The notes below the pieces were generated by a model. The model was not told the DNA's origin, did not search any database, and was given only the letters and a program-made list of their open reading frames with translations. Positions 9,290-19,000 of a DNA stretch of 64,000 nucleotides are shown in pieces. Source of the stretch: a virus; the IMG/VR virus record IMGVR_UViG_3300033571_015173, positions 23,815-87,814 of that record. The stretch is one strand, 5' to 3'. The translations under genes were made by a program, and so were the position numbers. Positions within the stretch are counted from its first letter, which is position 1, and the number at the start of each line of letters is the position of its first letter.

Positions 9290-9841
9290 ATGAGTCTGTC
9301 CGATGTTGAGGCGGAATTGAGCCAGAGATTGGCAATTGGTGAGGAATGGATCACGAAAAAAGAATTAATGGAGCTATACAACATAGCTAGTCTCGTTACA
9401 TGCCGAGAATATCTATCTGTATGCGGACTACCTACGTCTTCGACTCAATATCACATTGAGAAGGAGATCCGAACTCGATTTCATCTGGCCTATAAGATGC
9501 GCCAAGAAAAGAAGTCGATGGCTCAGGTTAGGGCTTTCTTTCAGGGCAAAGACATAATTCCTGAAGATGAAGACTCCCTCGCTCAGGAGAATAGTCGGGA
9601 ACAGCAACAGGAGATGTCTGGGTTTGCCATCCAGTTAGCTGAGAGGGTTATGCAGCAAGCACTAGAGGAAGCATTCGATCAAGTAATGCAACCTGATGTA
9701 TTGGTGCCAATGGTTCAGAGAGTCATTGCCAATCGAATGCGATGCAATTCTGAGTCCATTCGCAAATCGATGAAGCAAGTAACCGAAAAAAAGTTATTGC
9801 TTCCCTCAGAAGACTTGCCAACCACTACGATCCTTATGTGA
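9290..9841 (+). CDS. hypothetical protein, possibly HTH-like; first gene of the FtsK cluster
   Basis: ORF; N-terminal helical ITKKELMELY pattern. Confidence 0.55.
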   Translation: MSLSDVEAELSQRLAIGEEWITKKELMELYNIASLVTCREYLSVCGLPTSSTQYHIEKEIRTRFHLAYKMRQEKKSMAQVRAFFQGKDIIPEDEDSLAQENSREQQQEMSGFAIQLAERVMQQALEEAFDQVMQPDVLVPMVQRVIANRMRCNSESIRKSMKQVTEKKLLLPSEDLPTTTILM

Positions 9842-10365
9842 TCGCGGCCATTGCAACCCTCATCTACAGGAAATTGAGCATTATGCAATACGAGCAGTTT
9901 GCCTTATTGGAAGAGTCCGAGATTGAAAGGACAGGTCAGAAAAGATTCCTTGGTGGGATGAGCATGGGGTTTTCAATCGCTGCGATCCCCCTTTCAATCT
10001 TCATTGCATTCGCGGATTTACCGCGAGAATACAAGTTCTTAAATCAGATCGGGGCTATCAGTGGTCTACTCTCGATCTTCTCTGTTGCTTCGGCAGCCTG
10101 GAAAGTCACCACCCCAACTGACGACGAAACTTTGAAAGGGGGCGAGGATTACTTTGAGAAAGCTAAACCTCTAGCAAGTCACTATTCAGCGCGAGAAGAG
10201 ATTGAAGATTGCTACCCAATTCCCTCTGACATTCCTGACAGATCTAAGACTATGGCAGATTTCTTTCCCCCCTCTCCAGCTCCTGTTACTTTCACGTATG
10301 AGCCGGAGTTGGAGGAAGATCGCAAGCCGGAAGTGAAAGACAAGCCAAAAATAACTCCTTACTAG
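9838..10365 (+). CDS. two-TM membrane protein
   Basis: two hydrophobic segments and a Pro-rich tail. Confidence 0.6.
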   Translation: MIAAIATLIYRKLSIMQYEQFALLEESEIERTGQKRFLGGMSMGFSIAAIPLSIFIAFADLPREYKFLNQIGAISGLLSIFSVASAAWKVTTPTDDETLKGGEDYFEKAKPLASHYSAREEIEDCYPIPSDIPDRSKTMADFFPPSPAPVTFTYEPELEEDRKPEVKDKPKITPY

Positions 10366-10382
10366 CTATTTGGGATCTCCAC

Positions 10383-10994
10383 ATGAAGCTTAGAATTACA
10401 TCGACCGGATTCAAGTTTGATGGGACACCGGAAGAGCTGGTGGCTATGTCTCAATCGGAGATCCCGTATACAGCAATCAACGCTTATACAAGGCCCCGAC
10501 TTGAGCAGCAACAGGCTTATCTGCAGCCCAAGCTAAAGGGTATTCCATCTTCCTTGTCTGATTTCAGACTGGATCATGGTGTTATCCCTGAAATCCCAGT
10601 TGTTGAAGATAAGTTGGCTAAGGCTTCCGAAGTAGTCAGGCTGAAAGGTCAAGAAGCACAAATAGAAGACCATGCTGCTGCTGAACCCACTCAAATCCAG
10701 ACTGATACTAAATTGCAATTTGAGCCTGTAAAAACCTGGGCTCAGAAATGGGAGGTCATCCAAAAGGTTTTTGAGGTCGTGGGCTGGATGGCAGTTCTTT
10801 TAGTAGCTGGGTTTTTAATGGTGTCTGCCTATGAGCAGGGATTCTTTAACAGCGTTAAGCCATCTCCATCTTCTTCTCCTTCTCCATCTCCATCTCCATC
10901 TCCATCTCCATCTCCATCTCCTTCTGCCATTCCTTCGTCGAATGACATTAGGATTATTCCTGTTCCACCCCCACCCCCACCCGTAGGAGGATAA
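10383..10994 (+). CDS. single-TM membrane protein with (PS)n tail
   Basis: VVGWMAVLLVAGFLMV TM; CCATCT repeats. Confidence 0.65.
   Translation: MKLRITSTGFKFDGTPEELVAMSQSEIPYTAINAYTRPRLEQQQAYLQPKLKGIPSSLSDFRLDHGVIPEIPVVEDKLAKASEVVRLKGQEAQIEDHAAAEPTQIQTDTKLQFEPVKTWAQKWEVIQKVFEVVGWMAVLLVAGFLMVSAYEQGFFNSVKPSPSSSPSPSPSPSPSPSPSPSAIPSSNDIRIIPVPPPPPPVGG
10861..10923 (+). repeat. CCATCT hexamer tandem repeat (Pro-Ser linker)
   Basis: direct reading. Confidence 0.85.
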
Positions 10995-10996
10995 CT

Positions 10997-11344
10997 ATGA
11001 TGTTTACATTCCACGATGATAAACCTGAGGATTACGCAATAGATGAGGAACCAAAATCTTCTCCTGTTAAGCACTCATCTGGATTCTCTGCGGTGATTAC
11101 TCCTAAAAAAGCCTCCACTACCAATTGGATGGAGGTCTTTTCGTTCTTCGCTATGGGAGCAATTACTATTGCAATTCTTTCCAAGATCTTGTTCCTTGTT
11201 GGAATGCCTAAGATGGCAGGCTTTTTTGGGCTAACTGCTACGAGTTCTTTTATTCTTGGACTGGCTGTCCAATCGAATAATCGATCCCGATTGGTGGCTA
11301 TAGCAGTCGGAACATTTGTCGGTTACTTACTAGTTTTGCTATGA
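10997..11344 (+). CDS. three-TM membrane protein
   Basis: three hydrophobic segments; SD GGAGG. Confidence 0.65.
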   Translation: MMFTFHDDKPEDYAIDEEPKSSPVKHSSGFSAVITPKKASTTNWMEVFSFFAMGAITIAILSKILFLVGMPKMAGFFGLTATSSFILGLAVQSNNRSRLVAIAVGTFVGYLLVLL

Positions 11345-11682
11345 AAACCCTAATTGTCAGAAACCAATCAGTGGAGATCACTCCACAGCAGGCTGGCTTT
11401 ATTCAGTTGCAAGTTCAGATGGATGTTGAAATCCTCGCATCTGACTTGGTTGTAGCCTTCAATTTCATTGGAGCGCTAATGGAAAAAGAAATCCAGCTTA
11501 CACAATTAGGAGCTCCACAAGAAGACATAGATAACTGTAAGCCACTATTCACGATCAACATAATTGCGTGGCTACTTTATTTGGGCTTCTTTACAGAAGA
11601 CCTTGCACTAAGAAAGGCTTCTTTAGTTGAAAGAGCCATGATTGTCTTGCAGTCTTTGGATGATTTTGAAAGTGGCAAGTGA
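11341..11682 (+). CDS. hypothetical protein
   Basis: ATGA-coupled ORF. Confidence 0.55.
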   Translation: MKTLIVRNQSVEITPQQAGFIQLQVQMDVEILASDLVVAFNFIGALMEKEIQLTQLGAPQEDIDNCKPLFTINIIAWLLYLGFFTEDLALRKASLVERAMIVLQSLDDFESGK

Positions 11683-13177
11683 CATACCAGGTTATTACGT
11701 GCGAATAATGGAACTATCAGCTTTAAGACGGAACCAATATATTAGAGCTGCTCATATCCCAGCTCTGGAGCTAGAAATTCTTCGTTTAGCTTCCGAAGAA
11801 GAAAGACAAAAACACTTCCGTTATTTGGTAGGGCAGCTAGTCTATACTGCACTGAGGGAAAGAGATTCAAGTCTGCTCAAAGACACGCGCAAGTATGCCC
11901 AAGACAAACATGGGATTAATCCCTCGGTTTTCTTGGACATTGAGCGGGAAGTGTCACAAGCAGCAAGCGTTCCTATCCTCTCAGAAAATATCATCCCAAC
12001 CATTGCGGTTGAGAAAACTACTCCAAGGATCAACTCTCTTGCCGATAGGGGCAAGCTAATGGTTGAAGCCTGGAGCGCTCAAGGGATGAGGTGTGAATTA
12101 GTTGGCTCCTCAGAAGAACCGGCTAGATGCCGAATCTTCAAGTTTAAGAAGGACATCAACCAGACCTTTGCCAGCTTTAGTCGCTACCTACCGGAGGTCT
12201 TATCGAACGCAGGATATGATCCAGAATCAGTTATTCCGATCCTGGCTCTTCCTAACAATGAGTTCATGCTTCAAGTTCCCAAGTCGCCTTCGGAGTGGAC
12301 CACTCTTTGGTGGTTCAAGGCCGATGAAGCTGAGAATCTTAAAGATCTGGTTGAAAATGTCAAGCAATACTTCCTTGAAAATCCCGACTCTTTCCCGGTC
12401 GGGCAGAAAGTATCCGGCGAACCTCTCTTGATTAAGCATCGTAACTCTACTTTCGCTATCGGGGACTCCCGCAGTGGGAAGAGCAACTTTCTTAGAATTC
12501 TCATTCTAGATCTCGTACTTGCTTATACCCGTCAGCAAGTTGAAATCTTCCTATGGGATTTCAAGATGGGCTTAACCTTTAATTGTTTTAAGGCAGCTCC
12601 ACAAGTTACAAGCTTCGTCTTTAATGGCCAGGAAGGTCATGACTTCTTGGATGAGGCAAGAGAAGATATTGACTTCTTTTACGATGCTGCAGCTTATAGA
12701 GGAGAAATCTTTAGGAAGAGTGGAGTAACAGACATCCATGAATTCCATGAGAAGTTCCCGTTAGGAAAGAGACTCCCATACCTCTTTCTATTTATTGATG
12801 AATTAAGGAAGTGTAAGGAGTTGCTGGGAAAGGACTTGTTTGTTTCCTTCCTTACTGATGCCGTAACCCAGTGGCAGGCATTAGGCATTTATGTTGTCTG
12901 CGCAACTCAATATCCTGCACAGGCGGATTCATTGTCTCCTTCGGTAAGATCCTCATTCGTTAATAAGGTTTCATTTGTTACTTCAGATTCAGGAATTGGT
13001 CTGCTGTTTCCAAAGGGCTCTCCTGGTTTAAGGATTGTCCCTAGTCTCTTAGGGGGTGGGGACTTCTTTATTCAGAACTCAGGAAGAGGTCAGTGCCTTT
13101 TTCTGAATGATGCCTTGGTTCAAAAGATCATCAAGTTGCTATCTGTAGATACACCAGACTGGGAGGAGTGGAACTGA
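11672..13177 (+). CDS. FtsK/SpoIIIE-family ATPase (DNA translocase domain)
   Basis: Walker A GDSRSGKS, DFKMG, Walker B FLFIDE, ATQYP and LLGGGD; start approximate. Confidence 0.85.
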   Translation: MASDIPGYYVRIMELSALRRNQYIRAAHIPALELEILRLASEEERQKHFRYLVGQLVYTALRERDSSLLKDTRKYAQDKHGINPSVFLDIEREVSQAASVPILSENIIPTIAVEKTTPRINSLADRGKLMVEAWSAQGMRCELVGSSEEPARCRIFKFKKDINQTFASFSRYLPEVLSNAGYDPESVIPILALPNNEFMLQVPKSPSEWTTLWWFKADEAENLKDLVENVKQYFLENPDSFPVGQKVSGEPLLIKHRNSTFAIGDSRSGKSNFLRILILDLVLAYTRQQVEIFLWDFKMGLTFNCFKAAPQVTSFVFNGQEGHDFLDEAREDIDFFYDAAAYRGEIFRKSGVTDIHEFHEKFPLGKRLPYLFLFIDELRKCKELLGKDLFVSFLTDAVTQWQALGIYVVCATQYPAQADSLSPSVRSSFVNKVSFVTSDSGIGLLFPKGSPGLRIVPSLLGGGDFFIQNSGRGQCLFLNDALVQKIIKLLSVDTPDWEEWN

Positions 13178-13740
13178 TGAAGCGAATCTATATCCCCTTA
13201 ATGATCCTGGCTGGCTTTTTTATAGGTTCTGTATCCGCAAACCTGGCTCTCAATCTAATCGCAAAGTCTACCAATCAAGAGCCAACCTATCAACTGACCT
13301 TGAACCGGAAGCTCGACTTTGTGAAGGAGCGTCATTACCTGGGAACAGCCCCTCTATATCATGGGAAATATGAGGGGTTTCTTCTGCAGCATATTGATAC
13401 TGGCGAGTCTTTAGCCAGGTATAACATCATTCTTCAAGGGAGAATTCGGATTGCTGACATAGTTCAGCAGTCGAATGCCGTTATTCTTCCGGCTCCTACC
13501 TTTGAAGTCAGGATACAGGATCTTGGCATTACTCCAGTCAGGAAGAGCTGGTTTAGACCGGCGAATCCAACGGATCAAGAGTTGAATGAAGAAGCAAAGG
13601 CCAAGCTCTCCCTCATGCTGCGGAGGGAGTGTACTTCTTTGCTGGAGGAGGTGAATGATCAGGCCAAGGAATTCATTCAGCCTCTGGTTAATACCCCTGT
13701 AATCACCAATCTTGATCCATGCTTTCAAGACAGACAATAA
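13177..13740 (+). CDS. membrane-anchored protein, DUF4230-like
   Basis: N-terminal TM; ILPAP motif. Confidence 0.4.
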   Translation: MKRIYIPLMILAGFFIGSVSANLALNLIAKSTNQEPTYQLTLNRKLDFVKERHYLGTAPLYHGKYEGFLLQHIDTGESLARYNIILQGRIRIADIVQQSNAVILPAPTFEVRIQDLGITPVRKSWFRPANPTDQELNEEAKAKLSLMLRRECTSLLEEVNDQAKEFIQPLVNTPVITNLDPCFQDRQ

Positions 13741-14408
13741 TTCTTGGTGGACTTATAGGATTATTCATCCTGGGCGGTGGAAAGAATTTGCCTCCGCCAA
13801 GTTCACCCGTGCCCTTGGTTTCTACTCCGACAAAAAGGCAAGTCCAATACTACTACAATTTATTCGATAGTAGTATGCTTATCAGTTGCCTAGTTGGTAG
13901 GGCTGAAGGAACCAAGGATCTTAGCTGTCAAAAGAATTCAGCATGGTATGGACATACAGATCCTGGCGATGGCTTATGGAACCGGGGTTGGTGTTCCTTT
14001 AGTTTAACCAGACATGGTATGAAAGTTGGAGATACCCCCGAAGAAGCAGATAAACAATGTCGCATTCTAATAGCGAAACGTGCTAAGATATTACAAGAAC
14101 AGTTTGATAAGTTGCGGATTAAAACACATCCACTAGCAACTATCAATGCACTAGATTTGGCCATCCAGTCTCCGCAGGCAGCATTTGGGGATGAATGCAA
14201 CCCCGGATATGCTCGGAACTTGAATGACTATATCTACGATAATCCGAAGGCTCCACTTCTAACTCAGATTATTGAGGCTAGAGTGAAGAGTTACTGGAGC
14301 AATTGTTCTGGTAAATATGAAGTTTGGTGCAAGTCCTATGAGTGCATCAAGGCAGACCAAGAGAGAAGGGTGTATGCTATCTTATCTGCATACAAGCAGA
14401 TCAAATGA
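13719..14408 (+). CDS. putative lysozyme-like cell-wall hydrolase with N-terminal membrane anchor
   Basis: AEGT...GHTDPG...NRG motif resembling cyanobacterial lysozyme-fold proteins; N-terminal hydrophobic segment. Confidence 0.4.
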   Translation: MLSRQTIILGGLIGLFILGGGKNLPPPSSPVPLVSTPTKRQVQYYYNLFDSSMLISCLVGRAEGTKDLSCQKNSAWYGHTDPGDGLWNRGWCSFSLTRHGMKVGDTPEEADKQCRILIAKRAKILQEQFDKLRIKTHPLATINALDLAIQSPQAAFGDECNPGYARNLNDYIYDNPKAPLLTQIIEARVKSYWSNCSGKYEVWCKSYECIKADQERRVYAILSAYKQIK

Positions 14409-14830
14409 ATAGGATCATTCGTAATCTCTGTCTAATAATGCTTGCGCTGAATGGTGCAGCATTAACAAGTCTGCTACAATGGGAAGTCGGATACAGCTTT
14501 TATCTTCTAGGACTCTCTTACCTGCTATTTGAGTACCTAGATTCTCCGAAGCATCCCAATCCCCGAGCCAGGGGTAAGTGGCTCCGCCTAAAAAGCAGGA
14601 AAATCTCACCTATATATAGAGGAAAACATCATGCCACGTCGGAAAGCTATTGTCGAAACAACCGAAGGAACCGAAGTGACCGAAGGAACCGAAGTGACCG
14701 AAGCCCCGAAAGCCAAGCGGAAGCGTCGGGTATTGACTCCAGCACAACAAGTGCAGGAGACACTGGCCAAACAGAAGGAATCTGTGGCCAAGAAACAGCA
14801 AGCGTTGGAAGCGGAAAGACTGAAGATTGA
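14405..14830 (+). CDS. small membrane protein, possible holin
   Basis: ATGA-coupled to the hydrolase; two N-terminal hydrophobic segments. Confidence 0.35.
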   Translation: MNRIIRNLCLIMLALNGAALTSLLQWEVGYSFYLLGLSYLLFEYLDSPKHPNPRARGKWLRLKSRKISPIYRGKHHATSESYCRNNRRNRSDRRNRSDRSPESQAEASGIDSSTTSAGDTGQTEGICGQETASVGSGKTED

Positions 14831-15080
14831 GCAAACCCTGAATCTATTCTTCCTGCAGATTCGTCGGACCGTTCAGGAGCTTCCTCTGGAGATGGCCGAG
14901 CAAGTTATCAACCAACTGCAGAAGGATCACGCTGACACTGTAGCTGGATACCCTCCGAATCTGAGCTCCAATGATGAGCCAGATGAAGAAGATGAAGAAG
15001 ACGAAGATGAAGATACGGAAGAAGAAGATACGGAAGATTTGACTGAAGGTGCTACCGTTCCTGAATGGCAAGTTGCCTGA
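14631..15080 (+). CDS. coiled-coil protein with basic patch and very acidic C-terminus
   Basis: SD GAGG; TEGTEV repeats, KRKRR, D/E-rich tail. Confidence 0.65.
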   Translation: MPRRKAIVETTEGTEVTEGTEVTEAPKAKRKRRVLTPAQQVQETLAKQKESVAKKQQALEAERLKIEQTLNLFFLQIRRTVQELPLEMAEQVINQLQKDHADTVAGYPPNLSSNDEPDEEDEEDEDEDTEEEDTEDLTEGATVPEWQVA

Positions 15081-15106
15081 TAAGCGATCGGTCTTTTGTC
15101 CTAAAT

Positions 15107-15138
15107 AGCGGGTGTCTTTAATAGATGCCCGCTTTTTT
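15107..15138 (+). terminator. terminator between convergent genes
   Basis: AGCGGGTGTCT-TTAAT-AGATGCCCGCT followed by a T run. Confidence 0.7.
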
Positions 15139-15553
15139 ATTCGACATTCCCCAGATCCTTCACTTCGACCTGCCTATCCCTTCTTGCCCTTTCTACATTC
15201 CGTTGAGCTACCCACCTTTCGTGAGCATCCCATGCTTGAGCTTCTGCTTGCTGCCTCCGGCCTACATTGGCATAGTTCGGATTCTCAGCGACAGTCCGCT
15301 GAAGTCCTTTGATGTAGTTAGCGTGATGGGCTCCACTTGCAAGCCCTGCAGCTCCAGCAAGTAAAGACATGATTGCATAATCTTTAGCATCAATTGTGTC
15401 TCGACTACTAAGCATTGCCTGACCAGCATCAGCAATTCCTACTAGGCCGAGTCCCCCAAGGGCTGCGGCTGCTGGATGAGTTACATAGGATGTGTTTGCT
15501 GGTCCTATTTTCTCGCCCAGCTTGCTTACTTGATTACCAATCCATTGACGCAT
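15137..15553 (-). CDS. Gly/Ala-rich hydrophobic protein (paralog of 52779-53063)
   Basis: AAALGGLGLVGIADAG...DY similar to AAAIGAGILGTLDAG...DY. Confidence 0.55.
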   Translation of the reverse strand: MRQWIGNQVSKLGEKIGPANTSYVTHPAAAALGGLGLVGIADAGQAMLSSRDTIDAKDYAIMSLLAGAAGLASGAHHANYIKGLQRTVAENPNYANVGRRQQAEAQAWDAHERWVAQRNVERARRDRQVEVKDLGNVE

Positions 15554-15560
15554 GGCTTCC

Positions 15561-15956
15561 TCAGAGGTTGTTACAAGTTTGTAGTTCAAGCAATAAATCA
15601 ATCGCTTTATTCATAGCTTTTTCTAGCTTCGTATCAACTTTAATGTCAATCTCTCCAGATTTCTCCACGGATTGAACACGTCTTTTAACTTGCTCATACT
15701 TCAAGTAGACAACGCAATCTGCTACTTCTTCAATGGCCTGTCCGACCCCATTAGTTCCTTGAGGACCAATGAATTTGCCTGCGGGTGTACAAGCGGATAG
15801 GGGCGTACCATATTTCTGGATTGCCAATTCTTTCCTTTGGTTGAAAACCGGGATTAATGCTATCAATTCTGGTCTATCTTTTTGAGTCGCCAGATTTCTT
15901 AAAATCAGATCTACTACTGGGAGACCCCAGCTTGATTTGCTTAGGTTTGATTGCAT
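15561..15956 (-). CDS. all-alpha NTP-pyrophosphatase (MazG-like) phage protein
   Basis: R...KYGTPL and AIEEVADCVVYL (EExxD) motifs. Confidence 0.5.
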   Translation of the reverse strand: MQSNLSKSSWGLPVVDLILRNLATQKDRPELIALIPVFNQRKELAIQKYGTPLSACTPAGKFIGPQGTNGVGQAIEEVADCVVYLKYEQVKRRVQSVEKSGEIDIKVDTKLEKAMNKAIDLLLELQTCNNL

Positions 15957-16019
15957 AAGTTAATCGGTTTTTCCGAGGGTTTAAGTTAGAATTATTTTAG
16001 CATTTCTAGGACAAAAGAC

Positions 16020-19000
16020 ATGGCTCTAGTTTTTGACCCCAGTACTGGTGGGTATTCAGTTGCGGGCCACCCTCGCAGTTTGTATCCAAGAAAGAATATT
16101 CTGACCAGCCAGGGCTGGGACCAGATGGCTCTATCGGATTACGAGCCCATTATTGACCCGACAACGGGTGAGCCTATCCGGGACCACTACGGAAACCCCC
16201 AATACAAGCAGGTTAGAGACACAGGAACTGCTATCACGGGTCGGTTTCCAGTGGTGGGAAGCTCCTATGCGACAGATGAATATGCCAATTTAAGCCGCAG
16301 TCCTGGTTTCTTGTCTGACCTGTGGAGAAAATTACAAGGGGCTAGCTCGGGCATTGGATCGGAGCTGAAGGCAGATCTCTATGGTCCCCCAGTCAAATCA
16401 GCCCCTCCAGCATGGCCAATTGATCTTGGCATCGGAGGACAACCAGCAACAATGGCTGATTATTTCGCAGCACTTAAGGCGCAAGATCAACCTATTCCTT
16501 TCGCCGGTGGGGGAATGGTTGACAAGCTAGAAGCGCTGAAGGCACAAGAAGTGTCTGGTGTTACTGCGAAAATGAAAAAGATTGAAGATGTCAAAAACCT
16601 AGAAGCAAGAGTTAAGGCGGCAAAAGCGGCTCTTCAGGACAACCTTAAGCAGGCATATTACCGTAAAGTTCTGGAGCAAAGATTCCCAGGTATCAAACTA
16701 GATGGAGTTCCATTAAATACCGGATGGGATATAGAAAAGGCTCTGGGTTTACCTGCTGAACAGTTAGTAGGTATGACTAAAGAGACTGGTCTAAGATCTG
16801 CCCTTTCTGAGGCTTTAAGACTAAGAAATCTTGCCCCTGCCGAACCCGGTAAACTGTCTGATCAAGTTCTTGATCCTCGCCTTAAAGCTTTAATTGAAGC
16901 TGAAAACATCCCACGAATGGATGCTGCAGGCAACGATCCAAGTAGAGCGGATCTTGCTTTGCTTCTAGAGCATGGAATAGCAGATGAAGAGGATCTACTG
17001 GCATTTCCAAAGGCTCGGGCTGCATGGAAAAGAATGAAGGCGAAACAAGCGGAAGATATTGAATTCAATAAACGGCTTGCAGCTCAAGGTGGTGTAGTAG
17101 AAGATCCAAGACTTTTTGATAATCCACATACGGTATATGGTCCAGGAGGACCTATACCCGTAGCTCCCAGAGAAATTGAACAAATTCCGCAATGGTTACA
17201 TGATGCAGCACACCCAAAACCTACTGCTGATCAAGTAGGCGATGCCAAGGAAGTAGTTAGAGAACAGCAAGAATATAACCGGGATATTAGAAGACTGCTT
17301 GCTGGTTCGGCCAAGATGGAAGGTTGGGATCCTGTATCTGCTCCTTACCATGTAGTTCAACAAAGACTAACGGGTGCTAAGAAAGGAGATAAATTTCCGG
17401 GTGGAGTTGTCTACAATCCTGAGCATTTACAAGGGATTTTAGACAATCGTGCGATTATTGCAGCACATGCTCTCAATGTGCCAGAACGCAGATTTACTCC
17501 TCACATGCCAGTTTTAGACTGGTGGATGAATCCCAGGACTCAAGAGAGTAATTTTCAGAATCCAGATTGGCAGAACGATTATCCCAGGAATATCACACTT
17601 CCTGACGGAAGAATTGTCCAGACTGCTTATACAGGAGAAGAAGTTCTAGCCGATATTAATCGGCAAATTGCTTCCCCGTATGGATTTGAAAAGGCAGGTG
17701 TTCGGGACTTAACCCCTGGACAAATGCAAGCTATCTATGACCAGAAGAATCCACTAGAAACTGCTGAATTAGAGCTTAAGCAACATGCCTATGATTCCCA
17801 AATGGGAATTAAGAATGCTGGTCTTCAAGCTTATGGCATTCGAGATCCTGAACTGGCGTTAAGAGAGGGAGGTTATATTCCTAGCCTCAAGCATTACGCC
17901 AAGAAGGATAAGTCTGGGAGATACATTAACTCCTACCGGACTAATGTTGAGGCTAGGAACGCAGCCAAAAATAACATTCTGTTCAATCAAGCCTTGCTTG
18001 ATACTGAGATTGGAAGGACTATCCAACCTTTCTGGGCAGAACGGAATCAGATGCTGAAGGTCGATGCGAATAGACCGGAATGGTGGGGGAACACTTTATC
18101 TCAGTCTGGAACGAACTACGATTACGCCATCCGCCCAACCCCTATCGATGTCGAGAAGCAGAAAGCTACCAGACAGCTCTTCGATCTTTACAGATATGGA
18201 GGCCAGGGGCAGACAGCTTATCACGATCCTTTGGGTGTCTACAATAAAGCTGGAGGCCGTCCTGCATTTTCTAGTACTGGTCTGCTTAAGCCTGGTTCTA
18301 GCGTTCTTGATGCTAGTACTTATAGTTTAGGTTCTGACAGGCTAGGAGTTGCATACCCTCAGTCTGCATTTTCTAGCGCTGGTCTTGCTAATGCAGTAGA
18401 AACTGTTCCCTCAACATGGGCTCCAGACGGTCGGTATACTCCAACCGATCCTGCATGGATGGGGCTGGAATCTTATCGTCCATCGCGAGCTATTAGAACT
18501 CAAGCTCCTTCGATTCTTGATCAGTTTCAGGGAATGACTCGGATAAAGGATCAATTATCCAGGGCTCCTGGTCCTATTGCTCCTGTTGTATTACAACAAC
18601 TTCTACCTGAAGTACGTCAAGGTCCTGCATCAACTTTAATTCCAGGTAGAGCTCTTGCCGAACTTGGAATTAATCGTGTTACTGCTCGGAATACTGAAGA
18701 TCCTTGGGCTGTAGTTAGAAGAGCTGGGAAGTATAAGCGTACTCCTTTCCCTCTTGGGGCGGAAGATCTTTCTACTCCTGCTACTCGCGCCTATGCAGAG
18801 AATGCCATGTTCCAAAGCACTAAGCCTTTTTATCCATCTGTCATGGATAGGAGTGCTAAGTCTTTGCTACCCCAGCTTCGACCTTTAGAGTCTGGTAGAG
18901 AAGCCTATCTCAGACTTCAAGAAAAGAATGCTGATGATATTGCAAGATATGGTGTTGCTACTTCTCCTATGTTTAATGCACAGGAGTATGTTGACAGCCA

